Source of the DNA: Acidimicrobiia bacterium
Lineage (GTDB): Bacteria; Actinomycetota; Acidimicrobiia; Spongiisociales; JAENVV01
Length of the DNA stretch: 64,000 bases
Assembly: GCA_041586155.1 (NCBI GenBank)
Contig: JBFHAT010000003.1
Coordinates: 27,115-91,114, forward strand
Direction: 5' to 3'
In this document: piece after piece, positions 57,295 to 64,000 of the stretch
Layout of the letters: every line of letters begins with the position of its first letter
Position numbering within the stretch: the stretch's first letter is position 1
Program-made: the position numbers and the translations under genes
Notes under the pieces: generated by a model
Database searches by the model: none
What the model was told of the DNA's origin: nothing
What the model saw: the letters and a program-made list of their open reading frames with translations, nothing else

Positions 57295-60054
57295 ATGACG
57301 TCACTCCCCGATGTCGCCCCCTCCTCCACGAGGGCAGTCACGCTCGCCGTTCTCGGCTCGAACCCCGACGAGGTCGCGGCGTGTCTCGAGGCGGCTTCAA
57401 GAGAAGAGATCGCAGCCTCCTTCGTCGTGGGCGGGGGCGCCAAGACGCGTCGGTCGGCCGAAGCAGGCGGCGCCTCGTGGCTGCCCAACCTTCCGGCGCT
57501 GCAGGGCGAGTTGGGCAGCGACGCCACCCATGTGTGGTTGCTGCACGCCGATTGCCGGCCTCGCCCCGGTGCGCTGTCGGCCCTGATCCGCGAGGCCGAG
57601 CGGACCGACGCGTCGGTCGCCGGGTCCAAGGTCCTTCGGGCCGCCGATCCGGGTGAGCTGGAGTCCGTCGGCGGTGCCACCGATGTGTTCGGGCATCCCT
57701 ACAGCGGCCTGTCCGAGGGCGAGCTCGATCAAGAGCAATACGATGTCGTCCGGGACGTCGCCTTCATCCCTGTCGTTTCGGTGTTGATCCGGCGGGACCT
57801 GCTGAAGGGGATCGGTGGACCGGATCTTCTGTTGGCACCCGTGGCGCAGGGGATCGATCTCGCCCAGAGGGCGCGCCTTCTCGGCGGCCGGGTCGTGGTG
57901 GTGCCGTCGTCGGAGGTCGTGCACGAGGGCAATTGCGCCGAGGGGATTCCCCCCTGGCGGGAGCGAGCAGGGGAGCTGCGAGCCGTCGCCAAGGCCTACA
58001 GCACATTGACATTGAGCTGGGTGCTGCCGTTCTCTCTCGCCATCGGTCTGATGGCGGCGCTCGTACGAACCGTTCTCGGCCGGCCCAATGCCCTCCTCGG
58101 TGAGCTCAAGGCGTGGATGTGGAACGCCAAGAATCTGGGCTCGACCTTGCGCGGAAGACGCGCGGCCACCAAGGCCCGATCGATCGGCGATGAAGAGCTC
58201 TTTCGGTATCAGTCGTCCGGCTCCGAGATGGCCAGGCAGGTCGGGGAGGAGCTGACGACCTGGGTGAGAGAGCGCAGCCATCCTGAGGGGGCGCTCGGGG
58301 CGCTCATCGCACGTCGGCGTGGGTTCTGGCACGAGCCGGGATTCGTGGCCACCATCGCGGCGGTGGTCGTGGCCGCCATTGCACTGCGCGCAACGTGGCT
58401 CGATGGTATGCCGCTCACAGGCTTCCGCCTCGAACCGTCGAGCGACTGGCGCGCTGTTCTCGCCAACTACGCCGGAGGCTGGAATCCTTCCGGGTTGGGG
58501 TGGGTAGAGCCGCTCCGCCCGGCGGTTGGCCTGCTGGCCCTGACGACGGCGGTGGGACTGTCCTCAACGGTCGTGTCGTTCGGCTCCATGGTGCTGGCGT
58601 TCACCGGCATGTCACGACTCATGAGAACGCTCAGAGCGGACGATGTCAGCCGCATCAGTGGGGCGTTCGCCCTCGCCTTCGGGCCGCCGCTGTTCGGCAT
58701 CGCTGAAGTCGGCCACTGGCCGGCGTTCCTGGCGGTGGGTTTGGTGCCATGGGCGGTGGATGCTGCTGTCCGGCCGCTGGTCGGATCATTGCGGATGAGG
58801 GTCGGCCGGGTAGGAGCGGCAGTGTTCGTCACCGGGCTCATGACCGTGTTGGTGCCGTGGCTCGCGGTCCTTCCGCTACTCACCCTGCTGATCCTCTCCG
58901 CGATGCGGGGAGAAGGGTGGCGTAGCGTGGCAAGGGCCGGCGTGTACGGCGCCGTCTCGCTGGGATTCGCCGTCCCGTGGCTTTGGTGGGCTCCGGCGGC
59001 CAGCCTCCTCAGGTCTGGCGAGCCCCTCTGGTGGCAGCTCGATGCACGCTGGGCCATCGGCTGGGCAATCGCGACGCTGGGGTCTCTGGCGATCGGGTCA
59101 GTCGATCGATTACGGCTCATCGGCCCCGGGGCGTTGATCGCCCTGGGAGGCACGATCCTGAGCCGAGCTCAGTACGGTGGTGTCGGCCTCGAGCTCGCCG
59201 TCGCCGGGATGGTGGCGGCTCATCTGGGGTTTGCGATCGCCGCAGGCGCAACCATCGGCCTGTGGACCAGCGACGACGGCTTTGCCCGGCGCGGCCTGGC
59301 CAAGCTCTTGGCGGCCCTGATGGTGGTATTGCTGTTGGCCGGATCCGGCACTGCGCTCCTGTCGGGTCGCGGTGGCTTCGGAGCCGACCGGTTCGGGGCG
59401 CCGTTGGCATTCCCCGGCCCCCGCGCGGGGTCGCACGGTCCGGACCGGGTACTCGTCGTCGGTGGCGATGGGCCGGGTGAGAGCCGAGTCGTCGACGGGG
59501 TCCCGTACCGGGTGATCTCCGGCGGCGTTCCGTTGACCGAGGCTTGGCTGCCTGTGCGCCAGGCCGGGGATGCAGCACTCGAACAAGCCCTACGATCGAT
59601 GACCGACCCGCAGGTGCAGCGCGCCGGCGCCGAACTGGCGCGATTCGGGATCAGGTGGGTCGCAGTGCTGGAGCCCAATGCACTCCAACCAGCCTTCGAG
59701 GCCAAACTCGACCTGCGCCGACTCGAGCTCTTCGAGACCGGCTACGCCGTCTACGAGAACTTGGAATCGAGTCCCCGAGCCGTCCGGGATGATGGCACGA
59801 TCTGGCGGCACGAAGGATTCGAGTACTCCGGACAACCACAAGCGGGGAGCACCGTGCTCATCGCGGAGCAATTTCACCCGCGCTGGCGCCCAAGCGCTGT
59901 CGAGGAAGGCTGGTCGGTGCGAGTCGACGCCTCATCCGGTCGGGCCGACGTGGCGATCGATCCGACGCTGAGGGCGTTGGCAGTGGGGGCGGCGGTGTTG
60001 GCCGCCTTGTCCGCTGCTGCAGCAGTCTCCGGCCTGTTTGCGCCCAAACGATGA
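57295..60054 (+). CDS. GT2-like glycosyltransferase domain fused to a large (>12 TM) polytopic membrane domain
   Basis: N-terminal ~270 aa with GT-A-like features ('HVWLLHADCRP', 'FIPVVSVLIRRDLL'), then ~600 aa of hydrophobic helices. Confidence 0.55.
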   Translation: MTSLPDVAPSSTRAVTLAVLGSNPDEVAACLEAASREEIAASFVVGGGAKTRRSAEAGGASWLPNLPALQGELGSDATHVWLLHADCRPRPGALSALIREAERTDASVAGSKVLRAADPGELESVGGATDVFGHPYSGLSEGELDQEQYDVVRDVAFIPVVSVLIRRDLLKGIGGPDLLLAPVAQGIDLAQRARLLGGRVVVVPSSEVVHEGNCAEGIPPWRERAGELRAVAKAYSTLTLSWVLPFSLAIGLMAALVRTVLGRPNALLGELKAWMWNAKNLGSTLRGRRAATKARSIGDEELFRYQSSGSEMARQVGEELTTWVRERSHPEGALGALIARRRGFWHEPGFVATIAAVVVAAIALRATWLDGMPLTGFRLEPSSDWRAVLANYAGGWNPSGLGWVEPLRPAVGLLALTTAVGLSSTVVSFGSMVLAFTGMSRLMRTLRADDVSRISGAFALAFGPPLFGIAEVGHWPAFLAVGLVPWAVDAAVRPLVGSLRMRVGRVGAAVFVTGLMTVLVPWLAVLPLLTLLILSAMRGEGWRSVARAGVYGAVSLGFAVPWLWWAPAASLLRSGEPLWWQLDARWAIGWAIATLGSLAIGSVDRLRLIGPGALIALGGTILSRAQYGGVGLELAVAGMVAAHLGFAIAAGATIGLWTSDDGFARRGLAKLLAALMVVLLLAGSGTALLSGRGGFGADRFGAPLAFPGPRAGSHGPDRVLVVGGDGPGESRVVDGVPYRVISGGVPLTEAWLPVRQAGDAALEQALRSMTDPQVQRAGAELARFGIRWVAVLEPNALQPAFEAKLDLRRLELFETGYAVYENLESSPRAVRDDGTIWRHEGFEYSGQPQAGSTVLIAEQFHPRWRPSAVEEGWSVRVDASSGRADVAIDPTLRALAVGAAVLAALSAAAAVSGLFAPKR

Positions 60055-61379
60055 GACGCATCTCGCTCCTCGTCGCCGTCGGAGCCCTCATCGCGCTGGT
60101 CGTGTTCTTGCCGCAGCCGAAGGAAGCATCCACGGCCCCCCCGGTCGAAGACACCGCGGATGGGGCCGCCGACGTCGACACGGCTCGGTCCATCGGCCGG
60201 TGCCCGTGGGTTCGAGGCGACGCATTCCTCGACGGTTCCGTCGTCCTGGCGGCCGTCGACGAGGTCCAGGCGACGATCACCGTCTCCGAAGCAGGAGAAG
60301 TGGTCGCATCGGTCGAACGGCCGGTCCCTGGTTTCGCCGGAGTGGCCTTCTCGGAGCTCACCGACACGGGCACCGGCTCGGCGTTGGTCGAATTCGACGG
60401 TGAGCCGGCAGGAGCGGTGTCGGTCGGTGCGGGCGAGAGAGCCGCAGCCTCGGCCGGATGCCGGTCGGGCACGTCGAAGCGATGGTTGCTGGCCGGCGGC
60501 GATACGACCGCCGGCGAATCCCTCCAACTGCGGCTCTTCAACCCCTTCCCACAAGATGCTCGCGTGGATATCCGAGTGGTCAGCGAGAACGACCTCGAAC
60601 CCGAGCCGACCCTCGACTCCGTCACGGTCGGGGCCCAGACCACTGCCACCTTCGACCTGAGCGAGCTGATCACCCTTCGCGAGGTGCTCGCCCTCGCCAT
60701 CACGGACGCCGAGGGGCTCGTGGTCCCGGCGTTGGTTCAAGCGGCCGAGGTGGAGGACGCCGAAGGTGCCAAGATCGACGCCGACCTGGCCGCATGGTCT
60801 GCGGTCGCGCCCAGCACACGCTGGGAGTTCCCGTTCGCTGCGATCGAAGGGATCGAAACGTCTATCACGCTGTTCAACGACCAGACAGTTCCCGTCGAGT
60901 GGAGCATGGACGCGGTGAGAGGTGAAGGAGCCGACCGGGCGGTCGCCGCCGGCACGCTCGAGCCGCTCGCCACGGTCCGAATCCCCGTCAGTGATCTCGG
61001 CTCAGGCACCTTCGGTGTCGTGCTGTCGGCGGAGTCACCCATTGGAGCATTTCTGACCGGCAAGGGGCCCACCCAGCGGGGGGCGACGGAGGGGCTGCGC
61101 GGGCCGTCGTCGTCGTGGTTGGTGCCCGGTATCGGCGTGTTGCCGGGCCCGTCGGCGGTGTGGGTCATGAATACCGGCGTCGCTCCGGCCACGGTGACGA
61201 TCAGACCGTCCGCTGGTGAGGCGCCGGAAGCGGTCCGGGTCCCGCCGGGAGCGGTCCGGATCGTCCGATCCGAAACGGACCTGTCGATCGAGAGCGACTC
61301 ACCGGTGTCGGTGGCGTGGATTCACCGATCGGCGGGAGCGATCTCGTTCACGACCGGCATCCCCGTCGACGATGAGTGA
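60051..61379 (+). CDS. hypothetical secreted/anchored protein (N-terminal signal-anchor)
   Basis: 'ISLLVAVGALIALVVFL' N-terminal hydrophobic segment. 4-nt overlap with the upstream GT gene. No catalytic motif seen. Confidence 0.4.
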   Translation: MRRISLLVAVGALIALVVFLPQPKEASTAPPVEDTADGAADVDTARSIGRCPWVRGDAFLDGSVVLAAVDEVQATITVSEAGEVVASVERPVPGFAGVAFSELTDTGTGSALVEFDGEPAGAVSVGAGERAAASAGCRSGTSKRWLLAGGDTTAGESLQLRLFNPFPQDARVDIRVVSENDLEPEPTLDSVTVGAQTTATFDLSELITLREVLALAITDAEGLVVPALVQAAEVEDAEGAKIDADLAAWSAVAPSTRWEFPFAAIEGIETSITLFNDQTVPVEWSMDAVRGEGADRAVAAGTLEPLATVRIPVSDLGSGTFGVVLSAESPIGAFLTGKGPTQRGATEGLRGPSSSWLVPGIGVLPGPSAVWVMNTGVAPATVTIRPSAGEAPEAVRVPPGAVRIVRSETDLSIESDSPVSVAWIHRSAGAISFTTGIPVDDE

Positions 61380-61758
61380 TCTCCAGCGTCTGGCGGTGCT
61401 GGCCGGCGTGGCGCTCGCAGCGGCCGCTGTCGGCTACCTCGCAAAGAGATTGCCCGGCTTTGCCAAGACCATTCCGCCCGAGGTGGGACCGTTCCCTGCG
61501 GTCTTTCTCTTCGGTTCGGCCACTTGTGCGTCGTGTCAGCCGGTCGCCGCTCGGCTACGCGAGGAGCGCCTCCGGGTGCGGACGTTCGAGTGGGAAGCAC
61601 ATCCCGAGCTGTTCGAACAGCTCGACGTCGCCGAAGTTCCGTGGACGATCGGAGTGGACGATCGCGGGCGAGTGGCGGTACAGGTCCACGGTATGCCCAG
61701 CGCCCGTGAGGTGATCCGGCTGCGGCGCTTCTCGGAATTACACGAATCTGCAGAATGA
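61372..61758 (+). CDS. membrane-anchored thioredoxin-fold protein with CxxC
   Basis: TM 'LAVLAGVALAAAAVGYL', then 'FLFGSATCASCQ' (CxxC). Overlaps the upstream stop. Confidence 0.45.
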   Translation: MSDLQRLAVLAGVALAAAAVGYLAKRLPGFAKTIPPEVGPFPAVFLFGSATCASCQPVAARLREERLRVRTFEWEAHPELFEQLDVAEVPWTIGVDDRGRVAVQVHGMPSAREVIRLRRFSELHESAE

Positions 61759-61765
61759 CAAAATC

Positions 61766-61793
61766 GTCTTACGCGCGGTCGTGCGCGTAAGAC
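61766..61793 (+). terminator. GC-rich hairpin (12-bp stem, GTCG loop) 8 nt after stop codon; candidate intrinsic terminator without U-tract
   Basis: GTCTTACGCGCG-GTCG-TGCGCGTAAGAC, 11/12 bp complementary. Confidence 0.35.
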
Positions 61794-61842
61794 CCGTTCC
61801 GATGCTTGGAATGAAAGGCTCGTTCGCCTAGCGTTTCTGCCC

Positions 61843-62082
61843 ATGATCGAATCCTGCGCGCGATGCGGAGCACCGGCCTCGGCGATGATGTCATACCATT
61901 ACGGCGACCGCGCCGTGTGGTTGGACGATCTGATCGATCGCATCGAGCCGGGAGCCGGATACGCGGTCTGCGCCATGCACGGCGACCGACTCGTACCGCC
62001 GATGGGCTGGACGCTCACCGACCGCCGCAACACGGTTCGGCTGTTCGCCCCATCGCCCATGCAGGCTGCCGGAGTCGCCTGA
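61843..62082 (+). CDS. DUF3499-like small Cys-containing protein
   Basis: 'CARCGAPASAMMSYHYGDRAVWL...CAMHGDRLVPPMGWTL' matches the recalled DUF3499 pattern (CxRCG...TLxY...C..H..RL..P.GW). Confidence 0.5.
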   Translation: MIESCARCGAPASAMMSYHYGDRAVWLDDLIDRIEPGAGYAVCAMHGDRLVPPMGWTLTDRRNTVRLFAPSPMQAAGVA

Positions 62083-62090
62083 CCAGAGCG

Positions 62091-62363
62091 ATGTCGCTCG
62101 ATCGGGACCTGCTCGATGCCGTTCGCGACCTCGATGAGCACGAGCTGCGGCGTCTCCTGATCCTTGCTCGCGCCCATCTCGAACGCACCGGTGTCCTCGC
62201 GCCCGGCGACGATGGCCCGTCGGTCCGACTCCGACAGCGACCCGTCCGTTGCGGGAAGGCGGCGTGCACCTCGTGTCCGCACGGGCCCTACTGGTACGCC
62301 TATTGGACCGAAGACGGCCGTCGTCGCAGCAAATACGTCGGGCGGCTCTTGGAGGAGGGTTGA
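62091..62363 (+). CDS. small hypothetical protein with C-terminal 'CGKAACTSCPHGPYWY' motif
   Basis: ORF with good coding bias, followed by the hairpin GACGCC-N9-GGCGTC. Confidence 0.35.
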   Translation: MSLDRDLLDAVRDLDEHELRRLLILARAHLERTGVLAPGDDGPSVRLRQRPVRCGKAACTSCPHGPYWYAYWTEDGRRRSKYVGRLLEEG

Positions 62364-62503
62364 CGCCTACGCAGCGGGCGTCTCTACACTGGTCGACGAG
62401 TGACCGTTGGCGGTCGGCAATCGGATCGGTACCACAACACGGAACGAACCGCGAGCGTATGACGAAACGTGCTGCGCCGGCGCACTCGGGAGGTTGAACG
62501 TAG

Positions 62504-62680
62504 ATGCAGTGTCCTCGATGTCAGGTTGTTGACGTGATCGAGATCCATCAAAGGCTGCCCGACGGCACCGAGATCGATTTCTTCTCATGCCACAAGTGCG
62601 ACGAGCGTTGGTGGGATCGGGATGGCAAAGAGATCGCACTGGCAGACGTTCTCAGGATGGCGCGCCGGCCCCGAGTGTGA
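62504..62680 (+). CDS. 58-aa zinc-ribbon protein (CxxC...CxxC), below ORF-track cutoff
   Basis: 'MQCPRCQVVDVIEIHQRLPDGTEIDFFSCHKCDERWWDRDGKEIALADVLRMARRPRV'. GGGAGG RBS 9 nt upstream. Stop overlaps the GTG of the downstream membrane gene. Confidence 0.4.
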   Translation: MQCPRCQVVDVIEIHQRLPDGTEIDFFSCHKCDERWWDRDGKEIALADVLRMARRPRV

Positions 62681-64000
62681 CATCCGAGACGGCCGCGCGA
62701 CGTCGGCACCTCCCATCCGATCTGGTGCCGAGTTGGGTTCCCTGGCTCACGGTCGGCGCCGTGGTCGCCACCGTCGTCGGCATCCTCCAGCCTCACCTGG
62801 TCCTGTCGGACTCGACTCCCACCGGCGGCGACATGGGCGCCCATGTGCTGGGCCCGGCGTTTCTCCGTGATTTCCTCCTCCCCTCGGGCACGGTGATCGG
62901 ATGGTCGGACTCCTGGTTCGCGGGATTCCCTGCCTTCTACTTCTACTTCCCGCTCCCGTCGATCGTGATCGTGCTCCTCGACGTGCTGCTGCCCTACGGC
63001 GTGGCCTTCAAGATCGTCACCACATTGGGGCTCATCGCCACGCCCGTGGCGTCGTATTACCTGGCCCGATCGATGGAGCTTCCCCGGGTCATCGCTTCGT
63101 CCGCCGGAGTCGCCGGCGGGGCGTTCGTGCTCATCGAATCCTTCACCATCTACGGAGGAAACGTCGCCTCGACCATGGCGGGCGAGTTCTCGTTCTCGTG
63201 GTCCTTTGCGCTGGGGTTGACGTATTTGGGTCTGACGATGCGGGCGATACGCGACGACCGCAGGCTCCTGCCGCTCGCCGCGCTCGCCCTCGGTCTGACC
63301 GCGTTGGCACACGTCATCACCACCATCATGTTCGTGATCGCTTCGCTCCCGATGTTGTTCTGGAGGCAAGGCGCGCTCAGGGTCGTGACGACGTGGGTAT
63401 GGGGTTTCTTCGTTTCGGCGTTCTGGTCGCTGCCCCTGCTCCGGAGTATCGGGTACACGGCCGACATGGCTTGGTCGCCGCTGCGGCGATGGGACGAGAT
63501 CTTCCCGACCGAGGTGTGGATCCTCGCCATCCCCGCCGCGGTCGGACTGGGGTGGGCCCTCGCCCGGACGAGACGGGCGCCGCCGCTGGTGCTCATGACC
63601 TTCGTCCCGATCGTCTACTTCTGGCTGCCGTTTCAAGCCGAACGTCTCGAGCTGTACGACGGAACCTGGAAGCTCTGGAACGGAAGGCTGCTCCCGTTCT
63701 GGTTCTTTGGTGTGGTGTTCTTTGCCGGGATCACGTTTGGCCTCGTCAGTCGAGCGCTGATCCGCCGGCTCCCGGCGACACTGCCGACGTGGACCCCCTT
63801 CGCGGCGTTCGCGGTCCTGCTCGCTCCAGCCATGGCTTTTTGGGGGGAGTACCGATTCATGGAGTATTGGGCGTGGGGTCTGGGCGGCGTGGGGGTCGTG
63901 GCTCTGGGGCTCATCGTCAACAACCGATACGCCCGCGCACCCACGTCGGCGTTGGTGACCTCACTTGCCGGATTCTTGCTCTTGAGCATCATCGCCGCCG
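62677..64000 (+). CDS. large polytopic integral membrane protein, 3' end outside window (possible GT-C-type glycosyltransferase)
   Basis: Frame 1 is open from GTG 62677 to the window end and encodes >10 hydrophobic helices. It is not in the ORF track because no stop falls within the window. The antisense ORFs 62548-63636 and 63150-63992 are spurious. Confidence 0.5.
   Translation, partial: MTSETAARRRHLPSDLVPSWVPWLTVGAVVATVVGILQPHLVLSDSTPTGGDMGAHVLGPAFLRDFLLPSGTVIGWSDSWFAGFPAFYFYFPLPSIVIVLLDVLLPYGVAFKIVTTLGLIATPVASYYLARSMELPRVIASSAGVAGGAFVLIESFTIYGGNVASTMAGEFSFSWSFALGLTYLGLTMRAIRDDRRLLPLAALALGLTALAHVITTIMFVIASLPMLFWRQGALRVVTTWVWGFFVSAFWSLPLLRSIGYTADMAWSPLRRWDEIFPTEVWILAIPAAVGLGWALARTRRAPPLVLMTFVPIVYFWLPFQAERLELYDGTWKLWNGRLLPFWFFGVVFFAGITFGLVSRALIRRLPATLPTWTPFAAFAVLLAPAMAFWGEYRFMEYWAWGLGGVGVVALGLIVNNRYARAPTSALVTSLAGFLLLSIIAA

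Noticed and set aside
62622-62870. 82-aa + ORF 'MAKRSHWQTF...'
   Set aside because: Arg/His-rich with no coding bias. It overlaps the zinc-ribbon ORF and the start of the large membrane protein in better-supported frames.

Overview
High-GC actinobacterial chromosomal segment with dense, mostly translationally coupled genes and no transposase, integrase, CRISPR, tRNA or rRNA. Content is core metabolism and cell envelope. From the left: the 3' part of glutamate synthase large subunit (gltB); a structured repeat-containing leader upstream of sufB; and a rearranged Fe-S (SUF) system. The SUF genes are split: sufB stands alone, sufD-Rieske-sufC' lie 3.7 kb away after an insert (PAP2 phosphatase, sigma-70 group 1/2 factor, family 4/5 UDG, metZ), and a second sufC-sufS-sufU set is on the opposite strand. 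Other genes include fumC, a WhiB regulator, a frameshifted secreted TIMP/NTR-like gene, an 843-aa unknown protein, and galK-galE. F420 genes are present (cofD, cofE, an LLM oxidoreductase). There is a GGDEF-EAL c-di-GMP module and a propionate/branched-chain acyl-CoA block: acyl-CoA dehydrogenase, two B12-mutase catalytic-domain paralogs, and accA/pccB with divergent birA. A class A PASTA penicillin-binding protein is present, and the right end carries a cell-envelope glycan locus (LCP, UDP-glucose dehydrogenase, UDP-xylose-synthase-like, epimerase, GT2 fused to a polytopic membrane domain) followed by small Cys-rich proteins including DUF3499. The most unusual sequence-level signals are listed below. 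(1) A roughly 200-nt module of five hairpins between gltB and sufB, in which two 60-nt direct repeats differ only by G·U-preserving transitions. (2) A 39-bp x5 intergenic tandem repeat that supplies the stop codons of both convergent flanking genes. (3) A signal-peptide plus 'CSCS' TIMP-like ORF split by a frameshift. (4) AT-rich perfect palindromes at the whiB promoter and the promoter of the 843-aa gene.
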